Below, one piece after another: positions 37,661 to 50,304 of a DNA stretch of 64,000 bases. The notes under the pieces were generated by a model that was given only the letters and a program-made list of their open reading frames with translations, searched no databases and was not told the origin of the DNA. The DNA is from Octopus sinensis (lineage: Eukaryota), in NCBI RefSeq assembly GCF_006345805.1, contig NC_042997.1, positions 82,646,001 through 82,710,000 on the forward strand, written 5' to 3'. The position numbers and the translations under genes are program-made. Numbering within the stretch: the first letter of the stretch is position 1; each line of letters starts with the position of its first letter.

Positions 37661-38030
37661 ATTATTACCTCCACCTTAGTGAAGGTGGAAGTACTGTTTC
37701 AGTAGTGTTTGTTTGTTTGTCTGTGGACAAGATATCTCAAGAACTACTGGGTGGATTTGGATGTAACTTTAAGGAATGTTTGGCTTCATGACTGGCACAA
37801 ATTGATTAGATTTTGGGATTGATCTGGTACAGGAAAAGGATTCTGGATTGTTTTTCCGTTTTTTTAAATTTAATTTTTGAGAGTGGTCAGGTTCATTTTT
37901 TAATATTCTTGTTTGTGAGAGCTGTCGAGTTTATTTAAGATATTTTCATTTTAAAAATCATCTCCAGCTAATCATTGAGAGAACATTGGTGTTGCCTTGG
38001 TGTTGCCTTGCGCTTTCTGCCTGCTCTTGT
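37661..38030 (+). mobile_element. Helentron/DINE-1-like non-autonomous element
   Basis: 5' hairpin tacctccacctt-agtg-aaggtggaagta, (GTTT/GTCT) microsatellite, and 3' ...ctgctcttgtt end; no TIR or TSD. Confidence 0.6.
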
Positions 38031-39640
38031 TATAATTATTTTCTTTACATAAATTTAATAAATTACATTGACTCTTAAGAGGAAAATATTGTCACATCTC
38101 ACATTTGTTTCTGTTACAGCTGCTTTTAGCAGGTGCCATCTTAGATCAATACTAATAAAATATGATATTGAAGGATTGAGTGTCAGTAAAGTTAAAACAG
38201 TTGTTATTTAGTCCCAGTTCATCATTGATTGAACATAACTATGATATAAGCTTTCCTACCTTATTATATCTAGGACAACATTACTCAAAGTGTCTTTCTT
38301 ATTTTAACAAGTGCTTTGAAAGAAACTGACAACTATTTCTAGGAAGGAAAGTGACCATGTATAAGGTTCCCGATAGGTACATCTATATTAATGCTGGCCT
38401 TTAAGTCTTCAATCACCACTCATTGAGCAGATCTATGATCAAAGACATTCCAACAATGACCGTCCTATTTCTATTCAGATATAGTGTATCTAGAACTAAA
38501 ATGTATTTCTCCTTTTTTAAGAAAAGCATATTATATGAGGGATATTTGGCTCTTTCTACTTGACTGGAAGAATGAACATAATATAGGGGCTCCACTTTTG
38601 GTTCAATTCCAGACATTATAACTGTAATGCAAGAGGTGTACTTCATTAAAAATGAAATGCATGTGAATGCTAAGAAAAATTATAGATTAATAAAATTCAT
38701 AAATAAAAATTCAATCAAATATAAGTTTATATAAGTTTAAGAGGTTTGCTTAGTAAACATATAGTCAAAGACCCAACCCTACTCCTTGACATTTTGATTA
38801 ATCCTTAAACAGCAGGACAGAGTTGCATGAATGCGTGTGCCAAACAAGCAAGAAACAAAAAATACCTCTTTTTCTTAAGAATAATTTTTATACACATTTA
38901 CACTTCAAATAAAATTTTCAATTTCATTACACTGTGTAAGGACAAAAAAAAAACATGATTTTTGTCCTTGAGTAGCAACTGTTATTTCCTATTTGCTAAC
39001 CTGTAGAAAGTATGAAAAATAGTTAATATTTCCTTCAAACTACTTTTGTTAAACTTATTTAAACCTCAAGTAATCCCTCTCAACACATAGCTATGATGTT
39101 CCCCCACTAGTCCTGCTCATCATCACTAAGGGACATGCTCAAATGGTTAAGGTCAAGCAACTAAAAAGCAAACTTGTGATATTGAACAGAATATTTGCTC
39201 AACTCAGCACTGAATATGTTTGAAATGTAATGGAAAATAGGTCAGTTTCAAAACATTGATTTCCAGGTCACAAAAGCAAAGCTTGAAGGGAATAGTAGTC
39301 ATTATGTTTCATTTCTAGATTGAAGCAAATAGGAAATAATACTTACTGACCAAACACCAAAAAGAAAAAAAGAAATAAAGAAATAAAAATTGTTACACAG
39401 TGTTATTTAAAAGTGCTATAAAATATTCACTTTTTGTTGCATCCAAGTGAGCATAAATTTACTTGTTGTCAAATGAATTTACAAACTGAGAAAAATCAGT
39501 GGACTTTCTCCATCCAGAGCTGGTTGAAGCATCACTTTCTCCTGTGCTATCTAGAACATCATCATCAACAACCTCATATGATGATAAAGGAAAGTTAGAA
39601 AAAAGACAAAAAACTTCTTTATTGCAATATAAATCTTTTA

Positions 39641-40898
39641 TTGGGTAATCCCATAAATATTGCCATTTTTTCAATTGCATGAACTAAAAGTCAGAGGGGG
39701 ATGGGATAAACCACCTGCAGATAGTAATTTTACCTTGTCATTATTCATTATTCTAAGTGCAAGTTTTGAAGAATGCAGTTTGAATTTAACAGATATTTTT
39801 TCAAAGCTATAATGGAAGTGATAAAGGGGCATATTCAGCATATTTTGCTTTATGAGTTCAATAAAGGCAACACTGCAATGGAAAGTGCAAGGAATGTTAA
39901 TGTAGTATATGGGGATCAGACAATATGTGTAAGCCAGTGTTAACAGTGGTCCCAGAAATTCCAAGCTGGAAACTACAGCCTAGAAGATGAGGCTCATCCT
40001 GGAAGATCTGTAGATCTTGACAAGGATGTCCTGCAAGCCCTGGAGGAACAAAATACCATTGTAACTGTTGAGGAACTAGCAGAGAAGCTTGGATTTGGTC
40101 ATTCAACCATTCATCAACACCTGCATGTCATCAGTAAATTGGGTCAATGGGTTCTTCACAAACATTCCCAGTCTAATTGTACGCAAAGAGTGAATGTGTG
40201 CTCTTCTTTACTGTCACATCTCATGAATGAACCTTTTTTGGACTACATATTGACTGGCGACGAGAAATGGGTTCTCTATAAAAATGTCAAGAGCGGAGAC
40301 AGTGAGTAGGGAAAGGAGAAACACTGGCACTCTAGGCTAAAAGGTCTTCACCTACGTAAGGTGTTGTTAGCTGTTTGGTGGGATATGAAAGGTTTAGTCC
40401 ACTTTGAACTTTTAAACCCAAAACAAACAATAACAAAGGAGATATACTGTGAGCAGCTTGAGTTGCTTAAGTCAGCGCTAGAAGAAAAACAACTATCTTT
40501 GGTTTTAAAATGAAAGGTGTTCTTCCATCAAGATAATGCTTGGCCACATACAGTGAGGATGACATTTCAAAGGCTGGAGCAGTTTGAATGGGAAACAATG
40601 TCCCATCCACCATATTCGCTGGATATTGCCCCATCTGATTATCATTTATTCCACAGCCTTCAAAATCATTTCGATGAAAAAAATATAAATTCTGTAGACA
40701 AGGTCAGAACAGGAGGATTATTTTTCGCCACGGACAAGTGAATTTTGGAAGAAGGAGCCTTGCAAGTCTACTAGATAGATGGAAGAGCATTGTAGAAAAT
40801 AACGGAGAGTATATTTTAGATTAAAAAAAGAACTCTGTTTATCTTAATTTTGAAAACAAAAGAAGTATAAAAACTGCATTATTTATGGGATGACCCAA
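39641..40898 (+). mobile_element. Full-length mariner (DD34D) element with disrupted transposase
   Basis: ta|TTGGGTAATCCCATAAATATTGC ... GCATTATTTATGGGATGACCCAA|ta; ATG at 39812; motifs WVLH (WVPH), TGDEKW, FHQDNAWPH and HPPYSLDIAPSDYHLF; internal stops. Confidence 0.95.
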
Positions 40899-41189
40899 TA
40901 TATGTGACTTAATTTCTGTCGTTGATAAGGTCCACTTGTGCTTAGGTGCATTTGGCAAAATAGATGCTTGGACATCAGTTGATGATGGTTATATCCAATG
41001 CAAAAATTTTGGAACATCAATTGGTGATGTCTGTTGTTATCTGAGTTAAGTAAGTGTCTTGTACCAAAGCCTCAAGTCAACCAAAATTTCCTGAGTGAAA
41101 TTTGATAGTAGGAAACTGAACAGTAGTCTTTTAGGTACATCTCAGTGTATCAGTCAGAGATATCAGAATCTCAGTGGAAATACATGTAT

Positions 41190-41443
41190 TTGTTATCTTT
41201 TATTTGTTTCAGTCATTGGACTGCGGACATGCTGGGGAACCACCTTCTAGGGTTTAGTCAAACAAATTGATCTTAGCATTTACTTTTAAGTCTGGTAATT
41301 ATTATATTGATCACTCTTGCTGAACTGCTAAGTTATGAGGAAGTAAACAAACCAGTACCAATTGTCAAGACAGTGTTTAGGGACAAATACAAAGACACAC
41401 ATAAATGTATATATATACATACATATATGTGTGTATGTGTGTG

Positions 41444-41479
<36 letters not shown>

Positions 41480-41503
41480 AATATATATGTGCATGTGTGT
41501 ATG

Positions 41504-41554
<51 letters not shown>

Positions 41555-41718
41555 ATGCACACACACACATACGATAACCTTCCACACAATTTCCATCTGC
41601 CAACGCACTTGTTGGCCCAGGGATATAGTAGCAGCTGCTTGCCAAAGGTGCCATGCAGTGGGATTGAACCTGAAACCATGTGGTTGTAAAGCAAACTTCT
41701 TACCACACAGCCATGCCT
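41190..41718 (-). mobile_element. SINE family A with long internal microsatellite
   Basis: Tail 41190-41400, (CA)/(TG)/(TA) tracts, head to about 41718. Confidence 0.8.
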
Positions 41719-41885
41719 GTGGAATTTCATTATCTTTCTTTTTGCAAAATAGATTAATGAAATAATTACCAAACAAAGTTCAGAGATCAATAGGATCAAT
41801 TAAAACCTTTAAAATGAAAATGGCTGCCAGTCTGACCATCATTAATGTCTTAAATAAAAAAGGATAAATAAAATAAATATCTTAC

Positions 41886-41959
41886 TTGAAAGAAAAACGT
41901 CGTCAGAAACGATATCAAGAAAGGGTAAAATCCTGATTTGTACAAAGTCACAGGCAATC
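41886..41959 (-). CDS. Permease exon B (74 nt, phase 1-0): (G)LPVTLYKSGFYPFLISFLTTFFFQ
   Basis: atctttgaattag|GATTGCCTGTG...TTCTTTCAA|gtaaga; completes the ILG-LP motif. Confidence 0.92.
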
Positions 41960-42399
41960 CTAATTCAAAGATAATATACCAATAAGTGATTAGCAATTTA
42001 AAAGATTAATGATAAAGAATCAGGATATTTACATCAAGAATAATGATTTTAATTGCAGTAGTTTCTAAATCAATAGACACACATACATATTCTCTCTCTC
42101 TCTCTCTTTCTCACATATATTTCATTGTAATCATCATCATTTTAATGTCTACTTTTTCATGCTTGCATGAGTCAGATGAGATTTTGTTGAGGTAGAATTT
42201 CTTTGGACAGATGTTCTGCTTGTTGCCAATCTTTGTCTGTTACCAAGCAAAGTAGGGATTTTTCCCCCATAATCTATCAAATAATGAAATATCCAAACAT
42301 GCTTTCATAGAGATTGCAATCAAATAACACTGTTTGTACGAAGACTGACTCTTTGATTACAACCTACATGCTCATATCAAGACAAGAAGAATAAGCACA

Positions 42400-42410
42400 C
42401 ACGCACACAC

Positions 42411-42451
<41 letters not shown>

Positions 42452-42610
42452 AGACTTCTTACAGTTCCCATCAACCAAATTTCACTTAAAAGGAATTGGT
42501 CAACTTGCAGCTATAGGAGAGGACACCAGCAGCAGAATCCATGCAATGGGACTGAACTCAAAACCATGGAGCTCTGAAATGAACTTCTTTACTACACAGC
42601 CATACCAGCA
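42400..42610 (-). mobile_element. SINE family A head with (CA)n
   Basis: ...gggactgaactcaaaaccatgg...ctttactacacagccat. Confidence 0.65.
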
Positions 42611-42879
42611 CCTACAAATGACAGTGAACTTATTTTCATGCCTGGTGATTTTTAACACATGTTGGGCTGCAACACAGAAGGTTCCAAGGTGTATATTGAG
42701 GTTATGGCTTTGATCCTATGAATGAGGAGGTTTTGTGATGCAAATGACCTGGTCTACAACTTTAACTTCAAGAAATCAGTCAGTCTCCTGATCACCAATC
42801 AATCTGCTGGGCACACAAGAAAGACTGACTACACTCTCTCCAGAAAATGGGGCAGACATGTGCTCATGAATGCTAAGTC

Positions 42880-44400
42880 TTTTCCAGGTGGGGAAAATGG
42901 TTAATGGTTAGTAACTTCAAATTCAGAGATGCCTTGATATTGGTTCATCTGGGATCTTGGAAACTAAGAGGTCAAGTTGTTTCTTGAAAACATCTACTCT
43001 CACTCAATGGAAATCCCTCATATGTTTTAGCAAGGAGTTAAATAGCTGTGGGTCCTTGAATCCTAAGCTATTGCAGTACATGGTCCTCACCCTAGATGAG
43101 ACAGCTGGGACTTTTGGAACAATGCAGTGACGTCCATCTCAAGGTTTGGTATAACTTTCTATTCTAAAATTTGGTGCCGACCCCTCCTGTATCATCCATA
43201 CATATATCACTGCATACCTCTCCTGTATTCACTCCAGAGAGTAGAGTTGTAGCTCTTTCAGTCTCTCCCAGTTGCTCAGCTGTTCCATTGATGCAATCTT
43301 CCTCAAGTTCTGCTATTAATCCTACAGTGTAGGGTGACCATAGTTGAGAGCAGTAGTCCAGACGTCTGAGGACAAATGTCCTCCCTAGGACCAGCATAGT
43401 TTCCTGGTCCCTTGATCTGAAGGTTTTCAGAATCCATCTGGCCACTTGCCTGTACACTGCCACCATCTTGGTGATATGCATGTGAAACAAGTCTTTGTTG
43501 CTCATATTAAACCCCAAATCATGCACTGTATGTGATTCTTGGATTTCTGCTCCTTTTGGTCCAAAGTATCGTGGTTGTGACTTTTGAGCACCAACTAGCT
43601 GGTAGCAGAGGGCTTGGAATCTGCCTGCATTAAATTGCATGTTGTCCTCAACCCATTTATCTATGGCATCTAGGTCTTTCTGTAGAAGATTAGTATCAGA
43701 ATGTTCCTTGATTGTTTGTACTACTTTTGTGTTGTCGACATAGCTAGTAAGAATGGCTATCTGTGTAACTGATGGTATGTCCGAAAGCTCCATCATGAAC
43801 AGTAGTGACCCAATACAGTTCCCTGAGGCACTCCACTTTCTATTAATGTTTCCATGGAGAGAGCTCCATTGGCTGCTACAGCTTGGCTTCTGTCGTTTAA
43901 GAAGTCATGCAACCACTCTCCAATTTTCCCACTTATGCCAAGTCCCCATAATTTGTGACATATCATCCCATGATCAACCTTATCAAAGGCCTTTGCAAAG
44001 TCAAGATATATCACATCTACATTTGAGCAATTCATTAATTGTTTCAACACCCAGTCATAGTATTGCAAAAGCTGTGTAAGGCAGCTTCTGCCTGAGTGAA
44101 AGCTATGGTGGGTATCAAGGAACACAGTTGGTATCTTCCTGACAATGCACTCCATGACCTTGCTGACATGGGAAGTTAGAGAGACAAGTCTATAATTCTT
44201 AGTGTCTGCTCTGTTACCTCCCTTATGGATGGGGCATATAATGCCTTCCTTTAACTTTTTGGGAAGTCTCTCTGTTGTGAGGAAACTCTGAAAGAGAACC
44301 TGAAGTGGTTTAACTAGAGCCCCTTTGCATTTCTTTAGGAGGCTATACAGGTACCAGGGGAGTGCAACAGGTTCCCTCTAGATTAGCATCTACAGTTACA
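42880..44400 (-). mobile_element. CR1-type LINE RT remnant
   Basis: ORFs 43793..44155 (DVIYLDFAKAFDKVDH, SGVPQGTVLG) and 43164..43796 (YVDNTK, LQKDLD, LDYCSQLWSP); NYRLVSLTS upstream. Confidence 0.93.
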
Positions 44401-45020
44401 TTCTTTATAAGAAAGACTCCATAAGATATGTATAGAAAAATTACATTTGTTTTCATGAAAAGCATATGGTAGAATTACAATTCCACATCACAGAAAATAT
44501 GCAAAAATACTTATTTCTTCTCTCTTTCTCTTGCTCTTTCTTATTGTATGTGCATGTGTATGCTTATTTTGTGTGTGAACATAAAGTGATACACTCACAG
44601 AAAATACATTAATTCTGAGTTTCCTGCCTAATTAAGTAATTGAGCAATCATTGACAAATAACATTGGCTGATAATGCTGAAATGTTTGAATGAACAAAAC
44701 TTCCAATGGTAGGTGCATGTTTAATATTTCATAAGGTGGTAGTGGTGGTGGTGGGCACATCTGTCACACTTAAATATGAATTGAATACATTTTATGTTTG
44801 GACAAATTAAAAAATGTATGGATAATAAAATACAAAGTTAAAGTATCTTTGAGGAAGGGTGTATCAGTTGTCACATCAAATTGTAATGAAAATATAATTA
44901 ATGACCATATTAACAATAACAACAACAGCAACAACAACAATAATAATAGTAAATAAAAAAATGAGAAAATTTTCAGAATTTGAAGAAGTTCAAAAACGTT
45001 AAAAAAATGTTTTTACTTAC

Positions 45021-45062
45021 CAAGAATTCCTGTTCCAAGAATACATGCTATTGTTACGAAAT
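45021..45062 (-). CDS. Permease exon A (42 nt, phase 1-1): xFVTIACILGTGIL(G)
   Basis: Minus strand ttattatttttcattcacttcgacag|ATTTCGTAACAATAGCATGTATTCTTGGAACAGGAATTCTTG|gtaagt. Confidence 0.9.
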
Positions 45063-45296
45063 CTGTCGAAGTGAATGAAAAATAATAAAGTTTAATGAAA
45101 TTTAATCTAGTATAATAATACTCGTGTTTTTCTCTGTCACAACATATGAATGAGAAAGGAAGGGGTGATAGATTAATAAGGAAGAAAGGGATGATAGCAA
45201 ACTTAATAGTGGGATGATGGAAATTCTACAGTGAAAGAAAGAAAAAAATCAGTGTTTCAGCTCTGTGTAAGTGTATGTAAAAGGGAAGTATGTGAA

Positions 45297-45298
<2 letters not shown>

Positions 45299-45386
<88 letters not shown>

Positions 45387-45420
45387 CGTGTGCGTGTGTG
45401 TGTGTGTATGTGTATGTGTG
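45299..45420. repeat. Long (TG)n microsatellite
   Basis: About 120 bp of mostly pure TG; source of five spurious ORF calls. Confidence 0.95.
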
Positions 45421-46649
45421 CAATGGAAGTGGGATGGTGAACATTCAATGCTGAAAAGAAAAATCAAACAGCGTTTCAACTCTGTATGAGTATATGTATG
45501 TATGTGTGTGAATGTACAAGGGAAGTATGTGAATGTTTGTATGTGTGAATCAGCATTCTTTCAGTAACAAACGATGATCAATGCCACATCTCAAAAGAAA
45601 ACCACTAGATGACATTGAGAAGTGTGTTAATTTAATTATCATCCATATTCTATCTGTTGTTTTACAAATAATTATTACAATTACACATATCTACACAAAC
45701 ATATACAAACTGATTAGAGAAAATAATTATTGCTTGAGTGTATCAAGAATATAAGATGACTGCAGTTGAAAAGTATATTATAAATACACATTTAACAGTT
45801 CATACATGTGCCTAATTTATTTATATTAAGAAATTTATGCAATAAATTTTGAGTAGGGAGATTTTAGAACATCAACTATAAGTCATGGACTGCTTTTTGT
45901 GGCTTTAGGTCACATGAGCTTAGGTTGGTTCAATAATGGAGAGTGCAATTGAAAGGAAATGTCACTTCAAAACAAATTTACTTGCCAACTCTCGTATTTA
46001 GTCATGGCCAACTTTATGTGGCCTTAAGTCGTACAAGAAGGAAGGAAAACTTTAAAATTCTTTTAAAGGAAACAAGCAGTTAAGGGATATTAGTTGCAGA
46101 TAGATTTTTCACAAAAAATTTGGTAATAAAAGAATTATTAAACTAAAAACTTGTTTTTGTACCTTATTTATATATAAAACACTACAATTAGCCATCATTT
46201 TTGAAGGCATGGGGCCAGCTAGTTAAATATAAAGAACAATTACATGTTTCTTTCAACCAGACAAAATATCTATCTTCATAGATGAAAAATATAGTAAGTT
46301 GAAATGATTTCATTTCAGTGTAGTGATGTAGAAAAGTTCGAAATGTAAAGGCACCCTATGCAGTACCAGCACTTTAATACTAATATGTAAGGTGGTTGGT
46401 GTTAGGAAGGGAATCCAGCCATAAAAACATTCCAAAACAGACAGTGGAGCCAGATATAATCTTCTGGCTTGCCAGCTCCTGTCAAACTACCCAACCCATG
46501 TCAGCATGGAAAATGGACATTAAATTATGATGATGATGATTACTCTTATGTTCCAGACATCGCCTTTAATACATAATATAAGGTACAGCAACTGTGAGAT
46601 TTATTCCTCCTTTGCTACTAATTCAGAGAACTTTGTTGTTCAATACTTG

Positions 46650-46836
46650 CAGGGCAAAATGGTTAGTGGTGTTTTGTCCATCTTTATGCTCTGAATTCAA
46701 ATTTTACTGAGATTGATTTTGCCTTTCATCCCTTAGGGAACCGATGAATTAAATGCCAGTCGAGTATTGGAGTTGATGTAATCAACCTACCAAACCCCCT
46801 CAGAAATTGCTTGCCTTGTGCCAAAATTTGAAACCA
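46650..46836 (+). mobile_element. SINE family B
   Basis: ctgaattcaaattttactgagattgattttgcctttcatcc...ccttgtgccaaaatttgaaacc. Confidence 0.75.
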
Positions 46837-47099
46837 ATACTTGCTCTCTATATGCCATATATAGGTTGTTTGGAAAATAGTGTTTGATTTTTTAAAAACA
46901 TTTTTTCAAATTTGATTTAAGATGTTATCGTTGTAGAGTTTTAGATGAAATTTTATATGCTTAATAATTGATGTGTACTCTTCATAAATTTTTAATGCTT
47001 TCTCTCAGAATATAATTTTGAAGCATAGAAATCCTTAATTTCAAACATGATAAAAAGAAAAAAAATGCATTTACTTCATTTTGTATGAATTCAAGCTTG

Positions 47100-47690
47100 G
47101 ATATAATGCTTCCCATAACAGCCACCACTGGTAAAACAGTGGTTTGAATGATTCTGTAGTGAGGATGAGAGCCTTGAAGATCAAGAAGTTAGAAGACATC
47201 CATCTGCCCTTGATGATCAGCATTTAAAAACAATAGAGCTTTCAGGAACCTAACCAGAGCATTACATTGGATGTTTACTGTAAGTAACTGAAAGAAATGC
47301 ATGTTCACTTAAGCAAAATGAGACCTACACTTGTTAATTGATGTGGTCCAATTCTGCTCCACAACAATGCTTGACCGCATGTTTCCAGGATGGCACTGCA
47401 GAAGTTCATGAACTTGGGATACGAGATTTTACCACATCTTCCATATTCTCCTGATCTTTCATCCACTGACTACCACTTTTTCAAGCATCTAGATACTTTT
47501 TAAGACAAAAAAAAAAGCTTTCTGTTCCAAAACCAAGGTTGAAACTGAATTCAAGGATTTCTTGGGATCAAAACCTTTGGATTTTTATTGAAGATGCATA
47601 AATGACCTTGTTAATCAATGGGAGAAATGCATAGCTGTTCAGAGATCATGTATTGATCAAAACAGTTTGATTCAAATTCCTTGGCACTTT
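47100..47690 (+). mobile_element. Internally deleted mariner remnant
   Basis: ESLEDQE, ILLHNNA*PH and PHLPYSPDLSSTDYHFF. Confidence 0.82.
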
Positions 47691-48439
47691 AAGTTCTGAA
47701 TTGGAAATTTAAATCTCATAAGTTTCTGAAATATATAAAACTTGAATATTTTGAACAGTTACTGTAGCTCTCTCCAGTCTTCAACATTAAATGGTTATAA
47801 ACTTTATAGAGTCAACAGATGAGATACAGAGATGCTTAATATGGAAAATACTTTGTAATGGTCAAATGATTTGAACTTACACTCCAAAAACTTTACTGAG
47901 GACTAAGTCCAATTCATATTGTAAATACTATATACTGACAGTTGGGATTTAGCTAAACTATCCAGCAATGGAGTAGTCATCACTGATGAGCTTTTAATTC
48001 AAAATGAAACTAGACTAGTATGATGATCTCACTCACTGTGGGGTGACTTTTTAGCTCTTATTCCTAACAATGTAGGTGCTACCCTGCACTGTAAGTCGCA
48101 ATTAGTGACAACAATTCAATTTTTCCTTTTTGGATTTATATTGATTATAGCCACCTTCATTATGCCTGCCTGCCTGCCTACCTACCTATCTATCTATCTA
48201 GCTACCTATATAAGCTAATGTTTTGAGGACAATGTTAGAATACAAAGTACATTTGAAATTATATCTAACAATACTACCTTACACCCATCAGGGATATTTA
48301 TGCAGTTCCTGAAATATAGGAAGAAAACACTGACACACTATGGAAACTCATTTTTTAAAATAAACCTAAATATAACAACAACAATATCTAACAAGAAGAG
48401 TTCATAGCTACAAAAGAAACAGGAAAAAATAAAACATAA

Positions 48440-49450
48440 AAAACTCATCTCTTCCAGTATTGAGGTTAGCATCAAAAACTGGAAATGTTCTGATATTGAT
48501 AATATCTGAAATTTATAAAGGTAGTCATTTGATGTGCAGCACAGTCATCTTCAACACCTTCTTAAAGAGCCCAGACTAAGTGCTTCAATAGCTCCTTACA
48601 AGTATGACGAAAATGATCCCCAAGAAAAGACCAGCAGATGATTTATGTAACAATTGCATCAGCATTTGTCAGCTGGTAATTTATACAGCACTCTCTAAAA
48701 TACTATTCAATAGAATAACTTATCATATATTAAAAAATGTCATTCCTATAAAGCATAAGGGATGTATGCAATAGTTGTTTGGAGCAATTAACCAGGTTCT
48801 TGTTCTCAAGGTAGTACTGGATGATGTCAAGGCATGAAAAAGAACCTGTCATGCTCCTAAATCAGCTACAAGAAAAGCTTAGGATTCAGTCCTGAATGAT
48901 TGTATTATCAAAATGTTTAAGTACATCAATGTGAGGACAATATGGTGAATGTCATTAAAATAACAAGGAAAGCATGGCAGACAGTTCTTACTATCATTAA
49001 CAAAACTGTCGTTGTAAGCTGAGCCTCTCTGAAATATCTAGTTGGATATTTCAAGAGAATAGTATTTGCATTGTACTTTTCTTCTTCATTTGATTTTATG
49101 CTTGTTAAATTAAAGTCCACTAATTAAAAAAAAAGTCAACTTATGATACTATATGGAAAGGGAGGTTCAGACACCCTTTCATTCTCATGGATGGCCTAAA
49201 ACTGTGTGCTGCAGTTGTATAAATAGTTTAGCAAAGACATTAAGATGTCCTTTGGCTGAAGAAGTGCCAGAAACTAATAATAAAATGAAGCAGTGAAACA
49301 GATGATTTGGAATTTCACTACAAATTTTGGGGAAGAGATGAAAGTAAAACTGTGCATGAAAAATGTCCAAACAAGAACGAAAAATGAATACCTCGATAGG
49401 CTCAAATACTAAAAATTCATCACACTACCAGGAACACTATCTGCACCATC
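48440..49450 (+). mobile_element. R4/Dong-like (REL-endonuclease LINE) RT remnant
   Basis: NWKCSDIDNI (NWKAPG.D.I), IYTALSKILFNRI...KGC...NQVLV, YKKA*DSV, and ..MDGLKL (MDDLKL). Confidence 0.7.
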
Positions 49451-50304
49451 CACACATTTGCAGTGCCAGCTATAACATATGGTTTTGTGCTGGAACATGA
49501 CAACTAAATTCTATAGAAGGTAATATAAAAAAATCTATTAAAAAAGTACCACATATATATACTCTTTTACTTGTTTCAGTCATTTGACTGCAGCCATGCT
49601 GATAGAGAGAGAGAGACAGACATAGAGAGACAGAGAGAGAGAGACAGAGAGGTGGGGGATAACTTCTGAGTGTCAGGGAGTAATGAGTAATCAGTGGTTA
49701 ATGTTACCTTCTGTTTCCAACACTACTTATACCTGGTCACCAAATTTCAGCTAACTAAATATATAAAGTTCTATGAACCTCCAACCATCTTTGAAAATAG
49801 ATTGTGCACCATATATAGGACATCATTCTTAATGATAAAAAGCGAAAATGGTGTACTAATTATCTACATAGTAGTACTAGACGTTAAGTATATATATATA
49901 ATGTCAAGCATAATAGCATACTAATTATCAACATAGCAACACAAAATACTCTGTATTTAAAATGTTATATAGAAGTGAACTATGTCTGGGACATGGCGTT
50001 TCCTTTTAGCATCCCAATGAGTTTTCCCTTTCATTTGCTATAATTCAGAATCGTATTCCTCTTTGCATTTGTTCACCACGATAGCAAGTACTTGCTTTTC
50101 TTCTATAGAATAATTTCGATGCGGTGCACCACAAAATACTCTTTTGTCTGTCATGATGTTATGAAAAAAAGTTTAAAGAGAAATGACTAGTCGTATTGAT
50201 GTTAAATCCTTATTCCATAAAAAGCTTGTCATGTAAGGATAAACAGTTCGCCATTGAAGTTCTTATTTTGTGTGGGATTTATGTTGGTGATTGTAAGCGA
50301 AATT

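Larger units (their letters stand above)
2869..45062 (-). other. Partial multi-exon gene model: amino-acid permease (APC superfamily, AAAP/Aa_trans or HAAAP-like); 8 coding exons found, 5' exon unresolved, 3' part beyond left edge
   Basis: Eight exons with canonical AG/GT sites and matching phases (1-1,1-0,0-0,0-1,1-2,2-2,2-0,0-1) splice into one stop-free frame: xFVTIACILGTGILGLPVTLYKSGFYPFLISFLTTFFFQVLLIFITVEILQRACINQFLAFKESLDKELHDALQNKKEESESSEDEDNLHNHFITPPNLHMLSEMFLCNGVRHIFDFLAVLQLSSVLIGYCLAGSESYSEILHIEKVYIMPVYVCVLSSFIIFALHLIKPIVSFLTLLKGLAFALTVIITCIIGFKIRENVIDDYHNIGNSFLMGTVALG. GTGILGLP matches the TM1 motif of AAAP-type permeases, followed by several hydrophobic segments. Confidence 0.92.

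Noticed and set aside
39463-39560. Exon-like acidic frame DSTGESDASTSSGWRKSTDFSQFVNSFDNK with a gtaaat donor
   Set aside because: It ends in phase 2 inside a phase-0 intron and has no convincing acceptor. The upstream part of ORF 39459..39680 is mariner TIR.
48025-48085. Exon candidate with a gtgagt donor encoding ...TLLGIRAKKSPH
   Set aside because: The acceptor is poor and there is no sequence support linking it to the permease N-terminus.
48687-48702. Micro-exon giving YFREC-Y-FVT upstream of exon A
   Set aside because: It lies within the antisense strand of an R4/Dong RT remnant and has a weak gtataa donor.
49990-50150. Minus-strand frame MTDKRVFCGAPHRNYSIEEKQVLAIV... resembling a transposase HTH start
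   Set aside because: Too short, has an internal stop, and no TIR or catalytic domain was found.
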